Source: Lentimicrobiaceae bacterium
GTDB lineage: Bacteria > Bacteroidota > Bacteroidia > Bacteroidales > JAAYJT01
Length of the DNA stretch: 64,000 nt
Direction: 5' to 3'
Assembly: GCA_037446395.1 (NCBI GenBank)
Contig: JBBIIP010000008.1
Span: forward strand, 7,246 to 71,245
Below are positions 50,501 to 56,349 of this stretch, in pieces. The notes beneath the pieces were generated by a model that was not told the DNA's origin, did not search any database, and saw nothing but the letters and a program-made list of their open reading frames with translations. The position numbers were made by a program, and so were the translations under genes. Position 1 is the stretch's first letter. The number at the start of each line of letters is the position of its first letter.

Positions 50501-51073
50501 GGAGGCAGCTGCATAAAAATAGAAGAAACGAACATACGGAGTTGTGGATGTGGCTAAATTGATGACCGGTGATTCCACCCTGCGCCAACCCAACCATGAA
50601 GCTGTTGATCCAAAATATGAGTCTTCCATGTATAAAACACCGTTGCCCGATACGGCACCTGTGGGTTTAATCCCTGTGCCATATCCTGGTATTGCCCATG
50701 CGGTTCCTGTCCAGGTATTTTGCTGCCAGTCTTTTTCTCCATCCACCCCATTGGCCGTAGGTGCTCCGGTTCCAATTTGAACGAACCGTGCTTGGGTCCA
50801 GCCTGCGGGAGCTGCCGGAGTTCCGGTAAATGGAGCGTCAAAATTCTGGTTGTGGTAAATGTTTCTATTGCCTTTGGGCTCGTTTGCGTTTTGTATGTTG
50901 GGAATAACAATACGGGCCAACTCTTGTGCACTCAGCTTGGGTGCGGCTGGTTGTACTTTTTTAACAGTTTCTGTGCTTTGGTCAAGTACTGACTCAGCGA
51001 AGATACCGCTATTTTGCCCATAAGTCCACAGAATAGAACATGTGGCCATAACAATCAGTAAAACTTTTTTCAT
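41534..51073 (-). CDS. giant mosaic T9SS-secreted surface protein (type A CTD)
   Basis: 3179-aa ORF with signal peptide MKKVLLIVMATCSILWTYG|Q. The C-terminal ~80 aa (nt 41537-41776) fit the type A T9SS sorting domain (VLIYPVPASNILNIQ...GAYLIQFVTKEGETFTRKVVVTK). Four jelly-roll modules (MAM-like or choice-of-anchor-J-like) open with P(A/T)GW and close with YLDDFSV / YLDDVRV / AIDNIKI / FIDNVRV (aa ~75-270, 1197-1352, 2152-2308, 2856-3030). A G/T/N-rich putative beta-helix opens with GNWSDAATWVGGVVP (aa ~280-745). Also present: a choice-of-anchor-D/ASH-like Ig domain (aa ~750-853), a CARDB-like domain (aa ~1355-1460), two CarboxypepD_reg-like domains (aa ~1651-1727, 2728-2805), FN3-like units, and a duplicated unknown module. 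A terminator lies ~25 nt downstream. Confidence 0.92.
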   Translation of the reverse strand: MKKVLLIVMATCSILWTYGQNSGIFAESVLDQSTETVKKVQPAAPKLSAQELARIVIPNIQNANEPKGNRNIYHNQNFDAPFTGTPAAPAGWTQARFVQIGTGAPTANGVDGEKDWQQNTWTGTAWAIPGYGTGIKPTGAVSGNGVLYMEDSYFGSTASWLGWRRVESPVINLATSTTPYVRFFYFYAAASSNLNVRVMASADGGTTWKAIMLAHPNSDVTGTMATTTPWQRINVLIPSEFRTATAKFGIEVTNTWGTNDIYLDDFSVEEFTPTTITSAASGNWSDAATWVGGVVPNANNHVVIAAGHTVNSNVNIARCQNVTVNGTFQYGTTTTQFNHIYGDLTINAGGVYNSFSGTTGKRTMIGGSLINNGTINFSIGAGNLVWVGGAPATYSGTGSISTFISNTWHVNSGGVTYNAPVEVRNVVGLYNGPVNPNGNLTVGNIAVTTQTVERTSIGFLTQAPIWTAGITRTVNYITANLAPATKTTITTGHDFPIVAGVGIVGGTFLMSTHDNVQLNVPVDVGTATTGALTLTRGVLITSTTNILTLSSFIAGPAGTAPSILTPPTTHGSYVAGPMRINFPATGTTARNFALGVGTGFNGATPNSNVLKTVTFASTADWASVALRVSIVAAPSGTATSPLSNIMGTRAYRVERIGTTDLPAVATIAIRANNYTFGNSDGLTGDLSQIRVAQATSLTGPWAERSVSTGTGSIVTNTYYTYTTATAAPGPISPLATRGEFFAFGLAGAPAVFNFSPSSLSFGTVNIGATSPAQTVIMSNTGGTPLTVTSVATTGPNAAEFILTDANTYPLTLPGSVSRTFNVALRPTSAGGKTATVVMTTSLGTHQIALSGTAMVAPPAPRNLTAATIPSGVRLNWQPPLLPSGGPESTTDIPVANTTAPTLSKYAGPAADFAPAGGINVVTPHGSKNLGTRALLYNNGPFINAPGQGPSGSDGSVLQSALAMTTLGSSAAYPGFRVADDFVVTSTWSVQSFTFYGYQTGSTITSTFTGGYLQIWDGDPTVAGSQVVWGTLAVNRMTATSWTGAYRYSSTSVGTTRPIMQVVCSTPGLVLAPGTYWVDYGLTGTVASGPWVVPITINGQATTGNAKQFNNSTSTWANLNDGGSLTQQGLPFLVDGTSYNVAYNVYRNGVKIANNISAVTYSDAPVAPDTYTYGVTAVYGAPNPGESNPIEITVSVGIFPLAESFESTTFPPTGWTVFDADGATPIWVSSTAYNNTPGGTRSAFHNYGAAGAYQKGWLISRLVALPAATNIELSFWSYNTFPTYYGNNSVWVSTTAASPAVGNYTQVWTTSSVTAAWVKSVVDLTAFAGQNVWIAFHYQGDNAHGWYLDDVRVDPRYQKDLAATKVTGSITPTAGTATNYIVTVNNLGLAAQTTYTVSLFRQGGVLIGTKPGVAINPNQEIDFSFAWTPATATNTFLYGVVTLEGDANTANNTSPNLNVEVFPVGTVAVTIGTGTTLPAIRIPFDFYYKNSLVQSIYFAEEIGNVGGFLKGITYFNSFTTNLPNKDVKIWVGTTTWNDLSGGWVAPASLTLVYDGKVNFPSGTNSIYIPFTTPFLYTGGNLVVYTNRVWEDVYFNSNDKFFGTQTTNRPGRSRNVSADATVYNPLTPPTPAASQLSDWHPNTNLIFQLAYGNVQGIVRDASSNNPILGAQVILNNQTIVTLANGAFAFNDIQIGTYPLTVHKPGYASVTRQITILANQTITENVALVKEAVVPGAMMAVLNPSQTAVNLNWGLPNGAYEIIYDDGTAENHVAWQLAGNMNALRFTPASYPVNILRGSVNIGNGTFPPNGNVLVPFQMAVFDDDGPNGFPGTQLGVTTVTPTATGWVNFNLAPLNITLPSGDFYLAMIQGGNFPNCAPIAINQTNPVMRSYSRLVTGGGAWAVAGTNDFMIRAVVQSPGGMPGMALNSYFIGYEKPQPGLIFQNDPISVEGWVGDATYMPVEGSGDQFRNLLGYTVFRLLEGQESNEASWTMIGNPTNPVFVDNAWLTLSDNSYRWAVKARYVGGSVSGAVISNILRKNYLSNVTVRITLSDPVASPAGTRVTLTNNALSQYNYTAVAGANGVVNFPAVVKGAYTLNVLLDFYNPHTAQVSIMTNTMTINVNLLETTFPPSNLVVNPITLVATWNQASPPFPEVIANFNNGQIPTGWTVTSNGNAPLFKWQVIPDLGGSSLNGTPFVIANSDAAGSGTITLDEYLTSPVINCATQPSVVLEFDQYYRHLGTGSFGRVEVFNGTAWITVLEQTATAGSWTAPDKRIIDLTAHKNAQFQVRFRYFDNSVWAWYWAIDNIKISRGSTGTRSVTGYRVYLDGVLKGTTTSTTFTYNPREVTYGQSYLAGVEAVYQSGVSARITHQFTSLYLFKPCNLTGADIGHAVRLNWQAPGTCVSTEAVTFPFPLPGANQNPLPVLIAQSAKENTNVKGIADFAYIPGGVQPLPETQAVLFNNGPLITNSGAGPGGSHLSVLQGNLSMTTLGAGAQQTAGNSVADDFTVTGNWNVENVELFSYQTGSTTTSTITGAFLRIYNGNPSTTGTVIWGDLTTNRMTSTNWSNIYRVSNTTMTDVTRPIMRVVCSTPGLVLPAGTYWIEYTLTGSLASGPWVPPITIVGQTTTGNALQRTSTGWAALNDGGTLTPQGVPFIINGIAGSPPVATNGFNVYRGGLKIGSTASNTFTYTDQPLVAGTYTYTVTALYQMGANLVESPHEGPISVVVAPGPGFVQGVIYNNVSNVAIAGATVTAGTFSTTSLANGTYMLIAFEGPYNIRFSAAGYDDLVVPLTVVWNQTLTLNVGLTPRVPGITVSPTSFTIALPQNQTTTRTINVSNPGLGILNYSTSVIYGGVPTVILNEGFEGATFPPTGWLKMNPDGGTGWTSITAGTTPIPGWTGGTATAAPDGGTKMTFCTWNTGGAASNDQWLTTPRFTVSANSVLTFHVRRYSAYVDKLEIKLSTGVQNSPAAYTIMVGEIAFTATSTQEWELRTYNLGGLVAPGTQVHLGFREVVADNNLDGAAIFIDNVRVIGQLGWLSVAPPSGSVAAGANTNLTATINTAGLTPGTYTSTLRITSNAPTSPTNVNFTLGVTGVGVGIDDPLAESVLIYPVPASNILNIQMGDNIRNIRMINYLGQVMTEQDIKTAGTYTLDVKNLNNGAYLIQFVTKEGETFTRKVVVTK
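42929..43711 (-). repeat. intragenic protein-level repeat, copy 2 (aa ~2455-2715 of the giant protein)
   Basis: VLFNNGPLITNSG...VADDFTVT...YQTGSTTTST...TRPIMRVVCSTPGLVLPAGTYWIEYTLTG..ASGPWVPPITIVGQTTTGNA...LNDGGTLTPQGVPF, followed by FNVYRGGLKI...TYTYTVTALY. Confidence 0.85.
47504..48274 (-). repeat. intragenic protein-level repeat, copy 1 (aa ~934-1190 of the giant protein)
   Basis: LLYNNGPFINAPG...VADDFVVT...YQTGSTITST...TRPIMQVVCSTPGLVLAPGTYWVDYGLTG..ASGPWVVPITINGQATTGNA...LNDGGSLTQQGLPF, followed by an FN3-like YNVYRNGVKI...TYTYGVTAVY. Roughly half of the positions are identical to copy 2 by eye. Synonymous sites have diverged. Confidence 0.85.
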
Positions 51074-51763
51074 AATTTTTAGGTTTTTGTGAATTAATTA
51101 AGGGTTTACGCAAATTTTAGTTTTTATATTGATTTGATAAGAGCATGTATGTTTAAAATATTTCAAGAGGCTAAAATAGATAAAAAGATAAAAAGAAGTG
51201 AATTCATCAAATTATTCTTTCTATTTAATATATTTTGACCTTGTCGAGTGTATTCTCATTTTCAATAATTCGATGAGATCACAGCCCATGTCTCACTTTT
51301 TCAAATGATTATAGAATATCACCTTTGGTTCTATGCAGCTATTCATGACTTCGCTTTGAACACTGTTTTCAGTAAAAAGGATCATAAATTTGTGACTAGT
51401 TATTTCCAAAGATTCTAAAATTCTCCATGTTTTGGGACATATGCAAACATTTCAGGTGAAATTGATCCGACAATAAAATTTTAAGGTGTTCAAAAAATAC
51501 CCCTTGGTTTTATCAGGGAAGGTTTGTCAATTTTTATAAAAGATTCCAAAAAACATGGGCAGATCTGACTTTCTAACTGTTGGTCAAAATATTATAAAAT
51601 AAAAACAGCAGGGCCAGCCAAAATTAGCAGAATGTATTTTTTTGCTCCATTTATTATCGGTTTGGTTAATAATCGTTTTTTAAAATCCACCTTCGGTTTT
51701 TACACTATGCAAATATACTGCAAGATTCTTGCAAAAATAAAAATTGTTCAAAAATAATATCTG

Positions 51764-53182
51764 CTAAAAATTTTTGACCAGGCATTTTGGTTCCATCATC
51801 TCCCGAATGGCATATTTCACACCCTCACGCCCCTGTCCGGAATCTTTTACTCCACCGTAAGGCATATGATCCACCCTGAATGTTGGCACATCATTGATGA
51901 TGACGCCTCCCACTTCGAGGTGCTCAAATGCAAAATTCATTTCATTAATTTTGTTGGTAAAAACTCCTGCCTGAAGTCCATAGCGACCATCATTTATCCA
52001 ATCTACAGCCTGTTCGAATGTTGAATAAGGTTCAATAATCACCACGGGGCCAAATACTTCGAGTGAACACACTTTCATCTCAGGCTTTGTGCCTGTGATC
52101 ACAGTAGGTTGAAAAAACGCACCTTTGCACCCCCCTCCGGTCAGGGTTTCTGCGCCACCCGCGATTGCTTCATTTACCCATGATTCTACACGCTTGGCAT
52201 TTTCTTCGTTGATCATTGCGGATATTTCTGTCGAAGCTTCCAAAGGGTTTCCTGTTTTCAAACGCGCTGTTAATGCGGCAAACTCACTTAAAAATATTTT
52301 AAAAATCTTTTCTTGCACAAAAATGCGTTGTGTGTGTATGCAGACCTGGCCGGAATAAGCAAATCCACCCGTTATGCAACGCTTCAATGTCCATGCAAAA
52401 TCACATGAGTCTGAGACAATGACGCCGGCATTTCCCCCAAGTTCCAACACTACTTTTTTCTTTCCTGCTTGATGCTTCATATTCCAACCAACTTCAGGAG
52501 AACCCGTAAAAGATAACAATTTAAATCTCTCGTCCGTAACAAGCTGATTTCCTGTATTTCTGTCCATTGGCAGGATTGAAACTGCGCCTTTCGGCAGGTT
52601 GGTTTGATCAATAAGTTTTGCAAGCTCAAGGGTTGAGAGGGGGGTTGAACTTGAAGGTTTAAGCACAATCGGGCATCCGGCAGCTATGGCGGGAGCTATT
52701 TTGTGAACTGCAAGGTTCATCGGAAAATTAAATGGTGCTATGCCCGCAACAAGTCCTATCGGAAAATATTTTACTAATGCTTCTTTTCCTTCTCCAGTCG
52801 GAGTCCAGTCGAGACTGAGATATTCTTTCGGAAGCCGCTTGGTTTCTTCTGCTGCTATTTTGAAAGTTTCGGCAGCGCGCTCGATTTCGCCTGTTGCCAA
52901 GTGTATTGGTTTCGCTGCTTCTGATGCCAAAACTTCCGCCAAACGCTCCTTTTGGTCAATTAAGCCATGAAAAATCTGCATTAAAATATCATATCTCCTG
53001 AAGGCCGGAAGCGTTTTGAGCAATGGAAAGACCCGTTGCGCTTTTGCAATGGTTTCTTCAAGTTCGTCGGTTCCTGCCAGGCACACCATAGCCAGGTGGC
53101 TGCCGTCGTATGGGTTTCGTACTTCAATTTCCTGGCTTGTTTTACGAAATTCTCCGGCCAAATAAATCGGTTTGCAAATCAT
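51764..53182 (-). CDS. NAD(P)-dependent aldehyde dehydrogenase family protein
   Basis: 472 aa with ELGGNAG, catalytic-Cys region FAYSGQVCIHTQR, and EVFGPV. Confidence 0.92.
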   Translation of the reverse strand: MICKPIYLAGEFRKTSQEIEVRNPYDGSHLAMVCLAGTDELEETIAKAQRVFPLLKTLPAFRRYDILMQIFHGLIDQKERLAEVLASEAAKPIHLATGEIERAAETFKIAAEETKRLPKEYLSLDWTPTGEGKEALVKYFPIGLVAGIAPFNFPMNLAVHKIAPAIAAGCPIVLKPSSSTPLSTLELAKLIDQTNLPKGAVSILPMDRNTGNQLVTDERFKLLSFTGSPEVGWNMKHQAGKKKVVLELGGNAGVIVSDSCDFAWTLKRCITGGFAYSGQVCIHTQRIFVQEKIFKIFLSEFAALTARLKTGNPLEASTEISAMINEENAKRVESWVNEAIAGGAETLTGGGCKGAFFQPTVITGTKPEMKVCSLEVFGPVVIIEPYSTFEQAVDWINDGRYGLQAGVFTNKINEMNFAFEHLEVGGVIINDVPTFRVDHMPYGGVKDSGQGREGVKYAIREMMEPKCLVKNF

Positions 53183-53219
53183 TTGATAAGGTAGTTTTAA
53201 TACGAAATTAGCACAAAAA

Positions 53220-53227
53220 CAAATGTA
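53220..53227 (-). promoter_or_regulatory. -7 box (minus strand) upstream of the aldehyde dehydrogenase gene
   Basis: CAAATGTA on the plus strand equals TACATTTG on the minus strand, ~38 nt upstream of the ATG at 53182. Confidence 0.4.
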
Positions 53228-53307
53228 GGCAAAAGTTGGATGTTTTAAACTTAACCTTCTTCTAACACCAAAGGGTTATCATTTCTGTTGGGCATAGATA
53301 TATCGCT

Positions 53308-53315
53308 TACTTTTG
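53308..53315 (+). promoter_or_regulatory. -7 box upstream of the EamA transporter gene
   Basis: TACTTTTG inside TTACTTTTGCA. Overlaps the ORF-track TTG start. Confidence 0.4.
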
Positions 53316-54290
53316 CAACAAATCTACTGTGCTGTGACCATTGGAAAAAACTCGGAAAGCTCTACCATAACCTGGATTATTATCAGTATTCTTGCGATAA
53401 CCTGGGGAAGTTCATTCATTTTGATGAAACGCGGTTTGGCAGTGTTTTCGAGCAACGAAGTGGGGGCTCTGCGTATCGTAATAAGTTTCTTGGTTTTGCT
53501 TCCTTTTGCCATAAAACGAATACGAAAAATTTCAATAAAAGATGCTGGAAACCTGGCTCTTGCTGGCTTGATTGGAAATGGGATACCGGCATTTCTGTTT
53601 GCGAAAGCCCAAACAGTAATTGATAGTTCAGTAGCAGGAATACTCAATTCGCTCACACCACTTTTTACTGTCATAGTTGGCTTGTTGGCTTTCAAAATTC
53701 AACCCCGCTGGTTCAATGTTTTAGGAGTGATTTTGGGTCTTATCGGGGCAGTTGGTTTGGTAATGGTGAGCAGCAGCGGAAATTATAGTTTTCAATTTTC
53801 TTATGCTATGCTTATCGTGATTGCTACATTGCTCTATGCCACAAACTCAAATATAATTAAGGTATGGCTCAGAAACATTGACCCTGTAGGAATTGTATCA
53901 TTGGCTTTCTTTTGCATCGGACCTCCTACATTTATATATCTAATATTTTTCACAGATGTTTTCACGCAGCTATCCACCAATCCGCTGGCATGGAGAGGGA
54001 TGGGATACATGTGTATACTTTCAGTTGGCGGTACTGCAATTGCCCTGATACTTTTCAACAAATTACTGAAAATAACCACTCCGCTCTTTGCCTCTTCCAT
54101 AACCTATCTGATGCCTGTGATCGCACTGATTTGGGGCCTGCTCGATGGCGAAAAGTTAAATTGGAGTTATGCATTATGGGTGCTGATGATTCTTTCGGGA
54201 GTAATTCTCGTGAGTTCGAAACATGTTGATAGCATGCCTTTGGTGGGAATTATTATCAGGAAAATAAAAAATTACGGCATTGTGTTGTGA
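53313..54290 (+). CDS. EamA/DMT family transporter
   Basis: About 10 TM helices in two EamA-like halves. A TACTTTTG -7 box at 53308-53315 overlaps the ORF-track TTG start, so the true start is probably downstream (e.g. GTG 53334). Confidence 0.85.
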   Translation: MQQIYCAVTIGKNSESSTITWIIISILAITWGSSFILMKRGLAVFSSNEVGALRIVISFLVLLPFAIKRIRKISIKDAGNLALAGLIGNGIPAFLFAKAQTVIDSSVAGILNSLTPLFTVIVGLLAFKIQPRWFNVLGVILGLIGAVGLVMVSSSGNYSFQFSYAMLIVIATLLYATNSNIIKVWLRNIDPVGIVSLAFFCIGPPTFIYLIFFTDVFTQLSTNPLAWRGMGYMCILSVGGTAIALILFNKLLKITTPLFASSITYLMPVIALIWGLLDGEKLNWSYALWVLMILSGVILVSSKHVDSMPLVGIIIRKIKNYGIVL

Positions 54291-54296
54291 TTATTG

Positions 54297-54316
54297 TTTT
54301 TTTATCTAATTTTGCA
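54297..54316 (+). promoter_or_regulatory. rplU-rpmA promoter module (20-nt sequence identical to the one before serS)
   Basis: TTTTTTTATCTAATTTTGCA contains the -7 box TAATTTTG (54307-54314), ~34 nt upstream of the rplU ATG. Confidence 0.55.
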
Positions 54317-54347
54317 CCCCACTTTTAAGGTATAAATACGAAAGAAA

Positions 54348-54662
54348 ATGATCGCAATTGTTGACATCGCTGGACAGCAATTCAAGGTTGAAAACGGCAA
54401 GAAACTCTTCGTTCACCGCCTCCCTGGCGATGAAGGCACGAATGTTGAGTTTGGCCAGGTGCTGCTGATTGATAATGAAGGCGCGATTACGGTAGGAACT
54501 CCTGTTGTAGAAGGCGCCTCGGTAACCGCAAAGATTCTTGAACACATGAAAGGGGATAAGGTTACAGTGTTTAAAAAGAAAAGAAGAAAAGGCTATCAGA
54601 AATCAACAGGCCACAGACAGTACTTGTCGAAAATTCAAATTGAAAATATTGTTGGTGTTTAA
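54348..54662 (+). CDS. rplU: 50S ribosomal protein L21
   Basis: 104 aa: MIAIVDIAGQQFKVENGKKLFVHRL...KKRRKGYQKSTGHRQ. Confidence 0.97.
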   Translation: MIAIVDIAGQQFKVENGKKLFVHRLPGDEGTNVEFGQVLLIDNEGAITVGTPVVEGASVTAKILEHMKGDKVTVFKKKRRKGYQKSTGHRQYLSKIQIENIVGV

Positions 54663-54706
54663 TTTTTGTTTAACCTCCTGAAAATAAGGACTTAAATCAT
54701 TTATAT

Positions 54707-54976
54707 ATGGCTCACAAGAAAGGTGCTGGCAGTTCGAGTAATGGTCGTGAATCGCACAGCAAACGTTTAGGCGTTAAAATTTATGGCGGGCAATTTGCAA
54801 AAGCCGGAAATATTATCGTGCGTCAGCGCGGAACTGTTCATGCCCCCGGAATCAACGTTGGCATGGGCAAAGATCATAGTTTATTTGCCCTATCGGATGG
54901 AAGAGTCGAATTTAAGAAGCGACATAATAATAAATCCTACGTTTCAGTTTTCCCACTCATCGAACAAGTGCAATAA
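54707..54976 (+). CDS. rpmA: 50S ribosomal protein L27
   Basis: 89 aa: [24 protein letters not shown]...IIVRQRGT. Confidence 0.97.
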   Translation: MAHKKGAGSSSNGRESHSKRLGVKIYGGQFAKAGNIIVRQRGTVHAPGINVGMGKDHSLFALSDGRVEFKKRHNNKSYVSVFPLIEQVQ

Positions 54977-55010
54977 ACCAGAATCTTAAATTGAATTACC
55001 CCACAACCAG

Positions 55011-55043
55011 ATCCCGGTTCCTTAGCAGAGCCGGGATTTTTTT
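55011..55043 (+). terminator. intrinsic terminator after rpmA
   Basis: ATCCCGGTT (loop) AGCCGGGAT followed by T7. The T-run merges into the serS promoter module. Confidence 0.78.
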
Positions 55044-55056
55044 ATCTAATTTTGCA
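55037..55056 (+). promoter_or_regulatory. serS promoter module (second copy of the 20-nt sequence)
   Basis: TTTTTTTATCTAATTTTGCA contains the -7 box TAATTTTG (55047-55054), ~21 nt upstream of the serS ATG. Its T-run is also the rpmA terminator tail. Confidence 0.55.
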
Positions 55057-55074
55057 AATATTTAAACCTATTAT

Positions 55075-56346
55075 ATGCTCGAACTGCAATTTATCAGAGA
55101 AAACCCTGCCCGTGTCAGCGAACTGCTTGCTATTAAAAACTTCGATTCCAAAGATCTGGTAATGCAAATCCTTGATCTTGACAAATCGCGCAGGGAAAAC
55201 AAGAACAAACTCGACCAATGCCTTGCTGAAACCAAGAACATCTCAAAAGAAATAGGGATAATGATTCAGGCTGGAAATCAGGATCGGGCCGAAATATTAA
55301 AAGAAAAAATCTCGGACTTGAAGTTGAGATCCAAGAACCTTGACGAAGCCATGAACCAGGATGAACTGCAGCAGAATAAATTGCTGGTTCAACTACCAAA
55401 CCTACCAAATCCACTTGTAAAGCCAGGGAAAACCCCAGAGGACAATGAAGTTGTTCATAGTGAAGGAGTTATACCAGTTTTGGCCACCGATGCAGTTCCT
55501 CACTGGGAATTGTGTCAGGCATATGGGATTGTTGATTTTGAACTAGGTGTAAAAATTACCGGCACAGGATTTCCGGTGTATCGCGGGCAGGGTGCCCGAC
55601 TGCAACGGGCCTTGATCAATTTTTTTCTCGACCAGGGCATCAAGGCCGGTTATGTCGAATATCAACCCCCTCTCTTGGTCAATGAAGCATCGGGTTACGG
55701 TACAGGACAATTGCCCGACAAAGACGGGCAGATGTACTTTATTAATGAAGACCAATTCTATTTGATTCCAACTGCCGAAGTTCCGGTTACAAATCTTTAT
55801 CGGGACATGATTTTGAAAGAGAGCGACCTTCCGGTAAAAAACATTGCTTATTCAAATTGTTTCAGGCGCGAAGCCGGATCCTACGGAAAAGAAGTGCGTG
55901 GCCTGAACCGCCTGCACCAGTTCGACAAAGTGGAGATTGTACAAATACAACTCCCCGATCAGTCGTGGAATGCCCTGGAGGAAATGAAAGAGTATGTGGC
56001 CGGGCTTTTAAGAAAGCTCGAACTTCCATTTCGAATTTTAAGGCTATGCGGCGGTGATCTGAGTTTTGCATCTGCAATGACCTACGATTTGGAGGTGTTT
56101 TCTGCCGGGCAGCAACGTTGGCTCGAGGTGAGTTCGGTTTCGAATTTTGAGACTTTTCAATCAAACCGCATGAAATTGCGTTTTAAAGATGCAACGGGCA
56201 AAACCAGGTTGCTACACACACTAAATGGCAGTGCGCTTGCGTTACCCCGGATAGTGGCAGCTTTGCTCGAAAACAATCAAACCAAGGAGGGTATCCGGAT
56301 TCCAACAATGCTGCAACCATATACCGGATTTGATATGATCAGGTAA
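55075..56346 (+). CDS. serS: seryl-tRNA synthetase
   Basis: 423 aa with an N-terminal coiled-coil arm and class II motifs (FRREAGSYGKEVRGLNRLHQFDKVE, GSALALPR). Confidence 0.97.
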   Translation: MLELQFIRENPARVSELLAIKNFDSKDLVMQILDLDKSRRENKNKLDQCLAETKNISKEIGIMIQAGNQDRAEILKEKISDLKLRSKNLDEAMNQDELQQNKLLVQLPNLPNPLVKPGKTPEDNEVVHSEGVIPVLATDAVPHWELCQAYGIVDFELGVKITGTGFPVYRGQGARLQRALINFFLDQGIKAGYVEYQPPLLVNEASGYGTGQLPDKDGQMYFINEDQFYLIPTAEVPVTNLYRDMILKESDLPVKNIAYSNCFRREAGSYGKEVRGLNRLHQFDKVEIVQIQLPDQSWNALEEMKEYVAGLLRKLELPFRILRLCGGDLSFASAMTYDLEVFSAGQQRWLEVSSVSNFETFQSNRMKLRFKDATGKTRLLHTLNGSALALPRIVAALLENNQTKEGIRIPTMLQPYTGFDMIR

Positions 56347-56349
56347 GTT

